From positions 14,694,001-14,758,000 of the forward strand of contig NW_026262593.1 in assembly GCF_021869535.1 (NCBI RefSeq): a stretch of 64,000 bases of DNA, in the 5' to 3' direction. The position numbers and the translations under genes are program-made. Origin of the DNA: Mytilus californianus (Eukaryota). Below the pieces are notes generated by a model that saw nothing but the letters and a program-made list of their open reading frames with translations, ran no database searches and was not told the origin of the DNA. Shown in pieces: positions 35,290-49,600 of the stretch. Position 1 is the first letter of the stretch; each line of letters opens with the position of its first letter.

Positions 35290-38200
35290 ATGGAGATATA
35301 TGTTCTTGTATTGAGTCTGGCTACACTTGGTGGCCAAGCGTATTCGTGCTGTCTGCCACAACAGTTAGAGGGAACGGTTGGGATGTCAATCGGTCTGAAA
35401 AATAATGGTAATCCGCTGGCAATTACGGTAAGTGCGAATTTCAAAATGTATAAATCAGACCGTTAATTTTCCTGTTTGAATTGTTTTACACTAGTCATTT
35501 TGGGGCCCTTTATAGCTTGTTGTTCGGTGTGAGCCAAGGCTCCGTGTTGAAAGGCGTACTTTGACCTATAATTGTTTGCTTTTTATACATTGTGACTTGG
35601 ATGAAGAGTTGTCACATTGGCACTTATACCATATCTTCTTATTTATATTTGGAACTTACATATTTCATGTTAGAAGTCTTGATTCTAAAAACAGGTCAAC
35701 TTAATAAGTATTTACACCAAGATGTCGTTAAATGAAATTGGATACCCTGCACTTATCATGCTTTTCAATAACATATTCGATCAAATCGGTGAAAACCACC
35801 TATTATCGTTAAATATCATTCTGCATTGACAATAATATATTGGTGTTAATTAGATACACCCATTGGGGCTAATGTCCTAAAGGTGTATCTAATACTTATA
35901 GTTGGTTTTGTCAAACCTGAATATAGTATACTCTACTATTACAATTTAAAGGATGATTACATTATTTCTGTAAAGTGGAACGTCAATCATAACGTGTCGT
36001 ATAAACAATATTGACGTTTTAATCGATTGTTTGTGAAGTCGATGCCACTGTAAAAAACCGACGAGAACTAGAGTCTGGGGCCATTTTATTAATCTTAAAA
36101 AATAGTAATAATGATATTAAAGCTTTGTTTTCGTACGATGTTAATTCTAAATAACACAACAAGATGCATGTCTCATTCCTTCACGTTCGTTGCTGGAGAA
36201 AGATGATTGTATCTCTTGAAGATAAAGATTTTATTCTTATCCATTTTATATAAAAAAAAATATTATAATATCATAAAGATTGATAGTGTGGCCCATTATG
36301 GACCTTACAATCAGAAGAGGCAAACGATTTTTCGTTTCTCTACTAGTTTGCCTTGGTAGTAGATATGTCTATTCAAAGTACGGAGACATACTATTGGCCA
36401 AAAAAAAATGAAATATACCAGAGGAACAGTAGCAACATAATCATATTTCTGCAATATGAAGTTCTCGACATTTTTATATCGGAGTCTATATATGTGTCTT
36501 TAAGAACATAACAACAACGATACCAATTTTACTGCATCAGGTGCTCATTTCGAGAATATCTCTTCAAAATATTAAAAAAAAAAACAAAGCCTAGTACAGA
36601 TGTTGTAGAGCTGATATTAACATAATATATCCTCGTAATATGGGTTTTCGTGCTATTAAGATGGCATTGTGACGTTATAATTTCCATTGAAAAAGCATGC
36701 ATAGTACGAATTCATATGACGTACGAAAACATATGATCTGACCATAAATAAATCATTATCCTTTGTATTTTTAGGCTGTGTATGACAAGTGGGCAATGGA
36801 TACTGCTAAAGGAAAAGGTTACCTTTCTGGAACAGTCTTCGTTGGGGGTCATGCAATTCACCAAGAAATTGTTCAGGATTTCAATAATGTAAGTCTAGGA
36901 GAACCTCATATTTTTGTATGCAGTTTTTTTTTTTTTTTAACATTTTGGTTCATTTAAAACACCTGTTGCGAATTTTGCAATTAAGAAGTGGATTACAAGA
37001 TAAATGGTCTTTTTATTTCAATTTTATTTATGAATTCAACAAATCAGTAAACCATCATACATCATACATGTATAGAAGGTTATAAAATGAAAAAAAAAGC
37101 ACATCATGAATTCCGCGCGTCCAAAGTGTTTTTTCAGGATTTACCTTATCAGGAACCCTCAAACCTAAGCATTTGGAAGCCTACGACTCATTTCACAAAA
37201 CAAATTGATGAAAAATACTCGTAAGTCATGACCATTTCAGTATAACTTAAGATCTATTTTAGTCGTAAGATCTTTTGTTGTTTCCAAGAATACGTAGCGA
37301 TTTTGTGTTATAAACAGTTACTGGTACACCTAACAGTATCCTTTCTCTTCCTTTTCAGCAAATACAGTATGAAGCTGCTTTGGGAAACTGTACAGTAAAA
37401 CCTTTACCATTTGAGTTTCGGACCGAAGGAGGAATGATTTGTTTGCCACGTAAGTGCTATAGATGATAATGATGACACTTTAACAAAATACATACGAATT
37501 TGATCGATAATGCATCAATGTCACTCCAATGAATAACCATTAACGAATCACTACGTGTATAACCAATCACATCTACTTATAACGATTTTGTAGTTTTTTT
37601 CTACCGTCGATGAATTAAATGAATTTGAAGGATGGTACATGAATGCATAAATAGAAAGAAATGAGGAATACCACAGGGTAAACTGAAAATATAAGTCGAA
37701 GAATCAAGAATAAAAAATACCATGCTGGACGACAACAAAGAAAGAAAAAAAAATTAACGATGAGCATGTGACACATAAATTTACTATCAACCAGGGTTAG
37801 ATGGCTCCGGATTAGTAAAAATTTCCGGTTCTACATTTGGCACCTGTAGATGTTTTTCTGTGTACGTACTTTGTATACTTTTTATTCCTGCAATACTTGT
37901 TTATACTCAATAACCCACACTCAGTAATATATCCCAGTGAACTTGAGATTAAGGATACATTTACTACAGAAACTAGAAGGTCTGCTTCATATCTTGATCT
38001 TATTGTTCGATATCGACACGGACTTCAAACTAGAGTCTATGTACAATGTGATTATTTCAACTTAACAATTGTCAACTTTCCATTTCTCAGCAATATCAAA
38101 CAAACCGTCTATTCCATCGTATGGTGGTGTTAACATATCTCAGTTGATACGTTACTATCGTGTTCACACTATATGAACTTCATTTGTATGAGTTGCTCCT

Positions 38201-40370
38201 TACATAATAACTTAGTTAGGAGGAAGAATGACTGAAATCGACACTACATAAATATTTTGTTCGGTCACCATCACGAATGGCGGGTGAAGCACGCACAGCA
38301 GGATACACTCACCCTGTCGATGCACCCGGTACCGTTTCTTTTATAGTTCCTAAGTCTTTGTTTGTTACATTGATTTGTCTTCTCAAATCGATGCATGAGA
38401 TTTGAACATCAGTAAACTACTGGTCTCTTCTTATATATCATTACTTTATCATGGTTTCTTTGTATTTTAATGGTATATACAAGGGTCTGGATAGGGGGTC
38501 CTTCAATTCTTAACTCTTTAATTGTTTATAGCTCTATTGCTCTATTCTTCATAAATTTTGTCCATTATCATCTATTCTTTATATTTTAGCGCTCAATTAT
38601 TCCCTATTCCTTATATTATTGGCCTTTTTTCTCTATTCTTTATTTTTTAGCCATTTATTTTGCACTTTTCCCCATTATTCTCTATTCTGGAAACCCTATC
38701 TAGACCCTCATATACATCATGTCTTTTCCTATATATAAATACTTAATCATGGTTTCTTTGTATATTAAAGGTATATACATTATTTCTCTTCATTTTACAG
38801 CTAGCTCAAAGGTAATGTCGAGCTATCATGGTTTAGGAGAGGACACGCTCAATGTTGACACGTACTATATTCCATTTGATGCAGGACATTTGACCATGTC
38901 ATTGACTACGAAAGGATGCGCACCAGTATCCGAAGGTTTCCAAACAAACGATGGCATCTTCAATATTGGTTTCATGGGACTAACTAGTGGCATAACAGAC
39001 CAATCTGTGTTCGAATTGCCTTCCCCTTGTAAGGAGGAGTCGATGAAAAAGAGAGTATGTATTAACATCAGCATCCTTCAAAGGATCGAATTTTATTTAA
39101 TCAATCCCTCCTAAAGTTCAACATATGCCAGATCATTACACTGTCCCATTTCTCAATAATATATAACACAACATTTAAATTAAGTGGAAAATATAGATAT
39201 CGTTTAGAGAGCCATTTTGTACAGAATTATAAGAGACTGTAACATTGAAACATTATAGAAAATTTGTTTATTATAAAACAAATATATAAGTACATTATTT
39301 ACAGTATAAAACACTTCTACGTCTTTTTGAAATTAGATAACAAAATGTCATGCTTTGACACAGCTACCAATCATATTTACTAAACATTCTTGACATAGTA
39401 ATATTAACAACTGAAGTACTAACAATATATTCTGTAATGTTAAACAAATATTCTACGTTGCACGCAGAAAATGTTTTCCTTACATGATAATTTCATATTT
39501 ATTTTATACTTGTGTTTTCTACTCATTTTATCTGCCCATATGAAAACCTTTCTGTTTAACCGATTATAACTCATATTAAAACGGAACCAAAGTCGAATTA
39601 AACATTGTCATTGTTTTTTAAAATAAATATCCACCCAATACCCCCAGCAACTGCAGTATTTGGAGTATATTAACCGACACTGGAAAAAATCTGCTAGCTC
39701 TATAATTATGTATAGCATTAATAAAAGAAAGATTTTATAACCCCAATACCAGTACCATATTCAGCATGTGGGAACACCAAACTTTCAGATAGTTTTGAAA
39801 AGACTGTATGAGGAACATAATAATAACATGAAAAAACCCACAGATACAAATGTAATACGATAAACCTAACAAGTAAATATTTGGAGATAGCTGATTTCTG
39901 TTAGATTTATACAATATAATGGAACAAGAAGAACCAATTACACATGCGCAACATGGAAAGCAGGATATTTTTACCCTTCCGGAGCACCTTGTGTTGGTCA
40001 GGTCTTGTCTTGTAGTGTTTTGTGGTCTGTTTATCTTTTGGTCGTTGTTCGTGTTTGGCTTTGACGTTGTCAGTTCATTTTCGACTTGTTTGATTATCCG
40101 CCTTTCTTGTAATCTTGTGCTGTCCTTATGTAACATATAATGTGTTTCTTTAGACTTACGCACCCAAAGCGATTGGCAGCCATTGCAAATAAAAGCTGAA
40201 TGCTGATACTATAAGTTTTTCTTCTTTTTGAAAGTTATATCAAATGCATACTATTTAAAATCCAAAGGCATATGTATGTGTGTTGTATATACGTTGATAA
40301 TGATTCACCAGAACTGTCAGTTTATTTTCTTTTTCAGGAAATACGACAGTCGCCATTCGTTCCCATCTGA
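35290..40370 (+). CDS. EPDR: Ependymin-related protein, copy A (5 exons, 209 aa, secreted)
   Basis: Exons 35290-35427, 36775-36888, 37359-37449, 38801-39054 and 40338-40370, all AG/GT, 630 nt in total. Signal peptide, CCLPQQLEG, GCAPVSE, FELPSPC. AATAAA at 40408. Confidence 0.9.
37900..38400 (+). mobile_element. Decayed Penelope-like RT fragment in EPDR-A intron 3
   Basis: IYPSELEIKDT..SASYLDL..NFPFLSNI then ISQLIRY in another frame. A shorter 3' remnant lies at ~49340-49530 in copy B. Confidence 0.7.
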
Positions 40371-40719
40371 TGTCAAAGTAGTTTCATTTTCATTTGTATA
40401 GAACAATAATAAATAAATCAAATATGTTTTTCTCTCAATAATTTACTATCAATTTAATCGATTCATTTATTATACATGTACAACGAATGACAACACAATG
40501 ACATTCATTTATAAAAGTGTCTTAAAAATTCATTAGTTTCGGAATTTATTTTTATGATATAAATACACAAATACAAGTTTTCTTTTAATGCAAACCTATT
40601 TTATATAATATATGAATCAAGTTTATATATACAAGGAAAAAAATAAAGCACAATGGTAAAATAATTAATATGGATCACCATATGTAAAAGATGGGAATAC
40701 AATCTTTTGAAAAACTTTT

Positions 40720-40868
40720 AGGAATTTTTCGTCCTCAATGATCCTAAACTTCGTACTTCATTTGGCATTTTTAACATTTTTTTATTCGAGCGTCACTGAT
40801 GAGTCTTTTGTAGACGAAACGCGCGTCTGGTGCAAATACAAAATTTTAATCCTGGTATCTATGATAAG
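40720..40868 (+). mobile_element. Retrozyme end fragment containing the hammerhead at 40790-40833
   Basis: Matches the reverse complement of both terminal repeats of the 17250-17665 unit. Confidence 0.7.
40790..40833 (+). ncRNA. Type I hammerhead ribozyme, intact core
   Basis: Stem I GCGTCA/TGGTGC, core CTGATGA, stem II GTCT-TTTGT-AGAC, GAAA, palindromic stem III CGCGCG. Predicted GUC cleavage after 40827. Confidence 0.8.
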
Positions 40869-41009
40869 TTTATTATATATATTTCAAAAGTCACAAAACG
40901 TTATATTCACAAAGTCACAAATAACAATATTTTACTAAGTTGTTCAGTTCAAATGGAAATGATGGGATGCTGCGTCAGAGTAGTCTATTACGCTGATGAG
41001 TCCTAGTTG

Positions 41010-42500
41010 GTATGTGCCTTTCAATAGTTGGAGTCTGTAGTCTATTACTCAGTATCGTCGTCCTTTTTGGTTGGCGGGCTCCTCCTGCTGCATACTGGAT
41101 AATATTACAATCTGTTAGTGCCTGGTTGATGTCTCTTCTTTATTTTCTTGTGCCATCCTTCCTGGTGATTGGTGGCACGAGGTCCTTCTGTGTAGAGGTG
41201 GTTCGGCCTAGAAAGCGGTATCCTTCAACCCAGAACTCTTGTCACGTAATCGATAAATGACGTTGTAGCGGCCGGGTATCATGTGTTGTCAGCTTTGCCA
41301 ATGTTTTCTAAAGTTGTAACCCAAACATCAACAACAAGGTGGGGTGGAAAAAGAGTAATACCGCGGCTCGTCATATAAGTCAAGTGATGTCTTCATTTTC
41401 TTCATACTACTACTGTAGTCATCATGTCTGTGCCATTCGCTAAATACACTGGGTAAAGTGGAAGAAGCGGCCACTCACGGTTACCACTGGGAACACTGTC
41501 CGTGCTGCGTTATTGGTTGCTGTCTCGTAATCAATAAATACTGTTTCATGTTGAAGTTGTATCTGATGTAGTTGAGCGATGTAACATATGTGGCTGAAGA
41601 AGCGTGAATAGATGACCTGGTCTTTTCCCTGTAGTAGAGCTAGTGGGAACATCTACATGAACTGTGTACATCCGATGGAAGAGAGTTGAACATGAGTAGA
41701 ATGTGCCGTCGTAGAAGATCGTGTTGGCAGCAGCAAGGTGTGTCAATTTGTTTGTTGTTGAGAAGATCAGCATAGGTGGGTAGATGTTGTCCGACGTGAA
41801 AAGGAACTGTTGTCTTGTAGCAGTAAGGCACCATTCATCCTGCAGGTCAATGTCACTAGTTGTCTTGTGTAGGAGGGGTCTGTTGAGTGACCTTTGGTGG
41901 TAGAGTGATGTCTTGCAGGAGTAATATGTTGGTAGTTGCGTCATTTGTAAAGCTTAGCTACTAAACAGTTGCATTTATATTCGTTAGAATTAATTGGGTA
42001 TTTTTTTATATTAATTTTCAGAACAGTGTATTTATTACAATAAAAAAAAATGATGAATTATAAATAAAAAGTAATTTAAATGGCATTTATTCTAATCTTT
42101 AGTTTCATTATTTTATTTTTTACTTTTTTTTCAGAACAATTAAAACTATTTGTTGATAATTTTTAAAATAATAAACATTTGTGTACACATTTTTGTCTAT
42201 TTTTTATACTTTGTCAAAATCAATATATCTTCCGGCTAAAAATATATCAAATATAAAATATTTTTGCACATTTGTCTTGTTTTAAATAGCAGAATGTAGT
42301 ACTTTTTTTATAAGTTTTACAGGTAGAATAAAAGGTAAAAAATATGACTCTAATTCAGAAATAAACTATAATTGTTAAAATAACATTTCCCCCTATGTTT
42401 ACATATGCATGGAAGTAAAAGTGGGCAAGCCAGGATGAGACCAGATAACCACATAAGTATGCTAATTTATGCACATCCATATACGGTAGTGTTCCCGACC
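41010..42500 (-). mobile_element. MULE (Mutator-like) transposon remnant, pseudogenised, one terminus retained
   Basis: Minus frames give FYDGTFY, FPLALLQGK..IY, FIDYETATNNAARTVFP..GRFFHFTQC and RATNHQEGWH, with stops and frameshifts. Putative terminus GGTCGGGAAC at 42500. Confidence 0.8.
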
Positions 42501-43630
42501 TGTTTAAAACATGCGCAAATCGCGGTCATGTGGATTTGATTAGTAATGTTTATTTTCCAAATGTCCAAAGTCAAGTGCATTATAGTAATTACTAATGTTG
42601 CAAGAAGTAGGTGAACTACTTTTCTATTGCCTTATTCCGTTTTCATGCATCAAATTTTGTAAGTCTTACACGTATTTTTTTTCTGTTTAAGGTAGGTATG
42701 ATGCGTTGTTGTTTGAAATTTTAGGTACGTTTAAGGCTCAATTATGAATTAAATTCATTGTTTTGCATTTTTGTTTGGATATGTTGTTGGGTATTATCTA
42801 CACAGACAGGGCTTACCCTTAAATTGAATCAGAATCGGGGCTAGGACACGGCATTGTTTTGTCATAAATCATGCCGTTTTATTTTTCTTTTATTTCACAT
42901 TTTGCGATGTCGGGGCCTTTTATAGCTGACTATACGGTATAGGGCTTGTTCATTGTTGAAGGCCGTACGATAATCTATCGTTTCTTTCATGGACGTCCTA
43001 GGTATCGGGTGGATAGCTTCATCATTGTGGATCATACCGCATCTTATTTCTGTATTATTTCAAGTTTGACAATTGTTAATCGTTAAATGTAGGCCTTACG
43101 GTGTACTTTAAATACCAATACACATAAGATACAAGAGAAAACAACTACTGCATACTTAGTAAAAGTGAGAATGGAAACGGGGAATGTGTCAAAGAGACAA
43201 CAACCCAAACAAAGAGCACAGCAAGAAAATTCCGCATCCGGAGGCGGTCTTCATGTGGCCTCTAAACAAAAGGGGGAACTAGTTCACAGAAAATGGACGT
43301 CACACTAAAATCCAAAACTCATGAATGAACCACAATTTGAAAAAATAACACATAGGTAGTTTACAAGATATTACTAGCAACTGAACTACATGTATTTGTT
43401 GTTTTGAGAGATCGTTGCTCCACTCATATATTGAAGTTCGTAATTACTATAATTCTATAATTAAATAAAATTACCCAACTTAAAAGTAAATACTTGTAAA
43501 TAATTTGAAATGTCCGTTATTCGTTAAAATGTTTAACCACTAGAATTAAGAGAATTTATAACTACATTTTAGTTTTGATATAAAAACGGTTATCGTTTTT
43601 GGTCTAACTACAGTATACTCTACAGTCATT

Positions 43631-46600
43631 ATGGAGATATACGTTCTTGTATTGAGTCTTGCTACACTTGTTGGCCAAGCGTATTCGTGCTGTGTGCCAC
43701 AACAGTTAGAGGGAACGGTTGGGATGTCAATTGGTCTGAACAATAATGGCAATCCTCTGGCTATTACGGTAAGTGTTTATTTCAAAATTTGAACTTTGGA
43801 ACTTACATATTTTATGTTAGAAGTCTGGATTTTTAAAAACGGGTCAACTTTATAAATATTTACACCAAGATGTCGTTCACTGAAATTGGATACCGTGCAC
43901 TTATCATGTTTTTAAATAACATATTGATCAAATCGCTGAAATAAAGACTTATTTGTAGATCTTTCTTTGCTGAACAATTTTGCTGTTTACAGTTTATCTC
44001 TATCTTTTTTAATATTTAAGATAATAACCAAAAAGTGCAAAATTCCTTAAAATTACCAATTCAGGGGCAGCAACCCAACAACAGGTTGTCTGATGCGTCT
44101 GAAAATTTCAGGGCAGATAGATCTTGACCTGATGAACATTTTAACCCATGTCAGATTTGCTCTAAATGCTTTAGTTTATGAGATACAAGTCAAAAACTGC
44201 ATTTGACCCCTATGTTCTATTTGTTAGCCATGGCGGCCATGTTTGTTGACGGATCAAAAATTCGGATATAAGTCATAAACTAGATTCCTAAAGGAACATT
44301 CATTTAAACTTTAGAAGTATTAGGCACAGTAGTTTCAAAGTAGAAGATTTTCAAATGTTAGCAAACATGAAGAACAAATTGTGTAAAATTGTCTTTAAAA
44401 GGCAATAACTCCTTAAGGGGTCAATTGACAATTAAGGTCATGTTAACTTTTTTGTAGATTTTACTTTGCTGAACATTATTGTTGTTTACAGTTTATCTAT
44501 ATCTATAATAATATTCAAGATAATAACAAAAAAACTGCATAGTTTCCTTAAAATTACTAATTTAGTGGCAGCAACCCACAAGAGGTTGTCTGATGCGTCT
44601 GAAAATTTCAGGGCAGATAGATCTTGACCTGATGAATATGGTCAGATTTGCTCTAAATGCTTTAGTTTATGAGATATAAGCCAAAAACTGCATTTGACCC
44701 CTATGTTCTATTTTCATCCATGGCGGCCATGTTTGTTGATGGATCAAAAATTCGGATATAATTCATAAATTAAGATTCCTAAAGGAACATTCATTTAAAG
44801 TTTAGAAGTATTAGGCACAGTAGTTTCAGAGAAGAAGATTTTTAAATGTTAGCAAACATGAAGAACAAATTGTGTAAAATTGTCTTTAAAGGGCAATAAC
44901 TTCATAAGGGGTCAATTGACAATTTTGGTCATGTTAACTTTTTTGTAGATCTTACTTTGCTTAACATTATTGCTGTTTACAGTTTATCTATATCTATAAT
45001 AATATTCAAGATAATAACAAAAAACTGCAGAATTTCCTTAAAATTACCAATTTAGTAGCAGCAACCCAAAAAGGGGTTGTCTGATGCCTCTGAAAATTTC
45101 AGGGCAGATAGATCTGACCTGATGAAATTTTTTTACCCATGTCAGATTTGCTCTAAAAGCTTAAGTTTTTGAGATATAAGCCAAAAACTGCATTTGACCC
45201 CTATGTTCTATTTTTAGCCATGGCGGCCATGTTTGTTGATCGATCAAAACTTCGGATAACTTTTAAAAACTAGATACCATAAGGAACATTCAGTTAACGT
45301 TTGAAGGTATTTGGCCCATTAGTTTCAGAGGAGAAGATTTTTGAAATAGTTTACGACGACAGAGACGACGACAGACGACGACGACAACGGACGACGGACG
45401 ACGACGGAAGCCAAGTGATGGCATAATCTCACATGGGGCCCTTCGGGCCTCGGTTAGCTAAATAAAGGGTTGAGATGAAAAACAATATCAGAAAGATAAC
45501 CATAACCTTGGACAAAATGCCGCCAAATAAAATAATATACACAGGTAAATAAAAATAATTTTGTTGTAAGATATACATGAAGTACGGAAATATTTTTTGT
45601 TTCTATTTGAAATTTAAAAAAATGCCGAATACAGATGTTGTAGATCTGATATTAACATATATTGTTAATTGCATATTTTTAAAGATTTGTGATTCGTTAA
45701 AACTTTATCACATGTGCATTTGTGTTTACTCAGTTTGCACGCCAATACTGTTATGTTTAGCTTTTCGTTGGTCAAAAACAGCATATTGCACAAGGCATAC
45801 TGCATGTTAAAGTCATATGAAACTTCAAATTAAAACAAAATGATGCATATAAATGTTGTTTTTTTTGGACTAAATGGCTAGTTTTTATTATAAAACTTTT
45901 GTACATATACTTTTTCTGAACAAAATTCTTTAATTTGTCCAAATTTAGAAGAAATTTACTTTTTTTAATTACTGGCTTCCCACACAATAATTCGCCGACA
46001 TGTTTCCCGTATGCAGTTTCCTCAGCGTGACCTTTCTCGTAAAAATCCGGTGATAGCAACACGAAAGGGGAAAACCAAATTAGCAGAGAGAGAGTCAGCA
46101 AGCGTAAACATCGCTCCCTCATCGAAATAAACTATTATATCTTATTGTACATGTTATACACGTGCTCACTTCAATATCCATGCTTGTATTAGTTATCCCA
46201 TAAGGACGCGGTGTGTTAGTGTAAGATCATCCCGATGGCCGGAGGCCAGAGGGTGATCTAACACTGACACACCAAGTCCGAATGGGATAACTATTTTACA
46301 TCCCAGCTGTTCTAGATTAGATAAAAAAACCATTTACGCTCCATAAAATCTAGTTTAGAACGCCACACAATCATTACTATATACTTTATATATTACTATA
46401 TTGTATATACCTTTATGAGCCCCGGACACAATGTTTAAATATGTTAAATTAACATTGATTTGCATCCACACGTGCTGGTGTAGGGGTATAACTTGTGTGT
46501 CTATATGCTAAAGGTCTTGAGTTCGATTCCCAGCATAGACACTGAAATTTTCAACATAAATTTTGATATTTAGTCTCTTCCGTATAAATATTTCTAAGTT

Positions 46601-49600
46601 TTAGTATAAATTTGACATTCCCGCCAAAATGTTACAGAACAAAGGAAAGCATGCAGAACAAAGAAACTCAAGCTAGGGTGATCACCACTGGTAGCACAAA
46701 GGAGCTGGGATGTAACTTTGTTGATTGTTTACAAAGGTGACAATCGGTAAACTTCGGCTTCAAAACACGACCATTAATTAGCTAACATATTTTCACAACA
46801 CTGACCGAGTGAAATATTTTTTTGACGATTATACGGTGTGGATGCGTAAAAAAATATAAATAAACAAAATCGTGCACAGAAGACTAAGTTTATGATATAT
46901 GCATGCATTGGTTCAAGAATTGGATTAACATTATTTTTCACCAGTCACTCGTTTCATATGACTTTAATTAATAAAATACATTCTAGAAATCCCCAATTTT
47001 ACATTGTTCTTGGAATAGTTGTTGATTAATAATATAACAATCATTGTAGCCTTTGGTTGAGGTCAATACGATGTTATATCGACCTCATACAAAGGCTATA
47101 ATTGTATAATTTCCTCGTATTATGGGTTTTCGTGCTATTACGATGGCTTTGTGACGTCATAATTTCCATTGAAAAAGCATGCATAGTACGAATTCATATG
47201 ACGTACGAAAAAATATGTTCTGACTATATATAAATTATTTATATCCTTTGTATTTTTAGGCTGTGTATGACAAATGGGCAATGGATACTGCTAGAGGAAA
47301 AGGTTACTTTTCTGGAACAGTCTACGTTGGGGGTCATGCAATTCACCAAGAAATTGTTCAGGATTTCAATATTGTAAGTCTAGGAGAACCTGATATTTTT
47401 GTATGCAGTTTTTTGCTTTTTTTAACATTTGGGTTCATTTAAAACACTTGTTGCGAATTTTGCAATTTACGAGTGGATTATCGGAGTAGTGGTCTTTTTA
47501 TTTAAATATTAAATTTATGGAAAATTTCAATTATAAATTCAACAAATCAGTGAACCATCGATCGATCACATATCAATTGTAAGATAATGAATCAATCATG
47601 AACAGAAGGTTATGAAAGGAAACAGCTATTCATAAATTTCGCGCGTTCGAAGTGCTTTTTTCTGGATTTTCCTTCTTAAGGAACCCTCAATCCTAAGCAT
47701 TTGGAAGCCTTGGTTGTACAAATATGTAGAAAAGTTCTGTGATGTATGTCCAAAGGGAACTTAAAAATGGAGTTGAATCTTAATTTATAAACTAAATACA
47801 TGGTCATTGCACTATCTCGGATAAGTTCTATAATGGTGGCCGATCGACTCTTTTTAAAAGAGAAATGCCCCTTGGAAATATTAAATTTATGGAAAATGGC
47901 CTCGTTAGCGCTCTCACTGGTACAATTCTTTCCAGGTTTTTATAAAACTTTTACTATAGGATAATATCAGCAATATTTCGGACAAGTTCTATAATGGTGG
48001 CCGATCGACTTTTTTAAAAAGAGTTATGCCCCTTGGAAATATTAAATTTATGGAAAATGGCCTCGTTAGAGCTCTCACGTGTACAATTCTTGCCAGATTT
48101 TTATGAAACTTATACTGTAGGTTAATATCAGCAATATCTCAAACAAGTTTTATCATGGTGGCCGATCGACTTTTTTAAAAGAGTTATGCCCTTGGAAATA
48201 TTAAAATTATGGAAAATGACCTCGTTAGCGCTCTCACGGGTACAATTCTTGCCAGATTTTTATAAAACTTATACTATAGGTTAATATCACCAATATCTCG
48301 GACACGTTCTCAAATGGTGACCGATTGACTTTTTTAAAAGAGATATGCCCCTTGGAAATATTAAATTTATGAAAAATGGCCTCGTTAGCGCTCTCACGGG
48401 TACAATTCTTGCCAGATTTTTATCAAACTTATACTATAGTTTAATATAAGCAATATCTCGGAAGAGTTTTTAATGGTGGACGATCGACTTTTTTTTAGTT
48501 ATGCCCCTTAAAAATATTAAATTTATGGAAAAATGGCCTAGTGAGCGCTACAAAACAGTGTTTTATTTAGTTATTGCTCTTGTACCTTGGATAGATAAAA
48601 TATGTGCAACGCGGGGGACATTGGAACTCTGTTCTTTTATCCATACATCTTGCCATGCCGATGTATCTGAGAGATATAATGATATGCCCAGTGATTGTCA
48701 TGCCGATGTATCTAAGAGATATAATGATATGCCCAGTGATTGTCAAAATGTTTAACTTATTAATTATGTTATGGACTCCGAACATGTAGCAAATAGTTCT
48801 CTGAAAAAGGTGCTTATATAAAAATAAGTAGATGTGGTATGAATGCAAATGAGACAACTATCCACCAAAGTTCAGATGAAGTGGAAGAAAGCAAATATAG
48901 GAAACCGTACAGTTTCCCAAAATGTCTTCTTTAACTCACAGTGATGTGTTAGTCCTTGTTTTGATTGAAAGGTCTCAACGTTTCTTCGAACTGAGAAACA
49001 GAAATTTGAGCTTTGTCTCGTTGTTTTTGGAATTGTTTACCAAAGAATAAGTAGAGAATTTGTGCTATAAACTGGTTCACCTAACAACATCCTTTCTCTT
49101 CCGTTTCAGCAAGTACAGTATGAAGCTGCTATGGGAAACTGCACCATAAAACCCTTCCCATTTGATTTTTCGACCGAAGGAGGAATGATTTGTTTGCCAT
49201 GTAAGTTCTTCATAACATGATTAACGAATCACTACATTTAGTAGTCACATCTACACTGTAACGATTTTGTTGATTTTCTTACCGTCGAAGAATTAAAGCA
49301 GTGTTACATGTAGGACTTTAGATAGAGTCGTCAAATCTGAAAACATATTGTGTCCGATTCTCGATTGGGACATTTTGACTAAGTGTGGATTCGCATGGAG
49401 GGTGAAGCATGCATAGCAGGATACACTTACCATGTCGATGCACCTGGTAACGTTTATTTTATAGATCATCAGTCTTTGTTTGTTACTTTGATTTGTCTTC
49501 TTTGAACATCGGTAAACTACTGGTGTCTTCTTATACATAATTAATTAATCATGGTATCTTTATATTTTAATGGTATATAAACAAGGGTCATAAATTGAAT

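Noticed and set aside
35127-35444. Minus-strand ORFs with a CC motif (also 43546-43752 and 56172-56399)
   Set aside because: They are antisense shadows of EPDR exon 1 on the plus strand.
40990-41012. CTGATGAGTCC hammerhead-like start
   Set aside because: No GAAA or stem III follows; at best a truncated remnant. CTGATGAG in the abundant repeat (2253, 8970, 14626) and CTGAGGAGTC at 26846 also lack the rest of the core.
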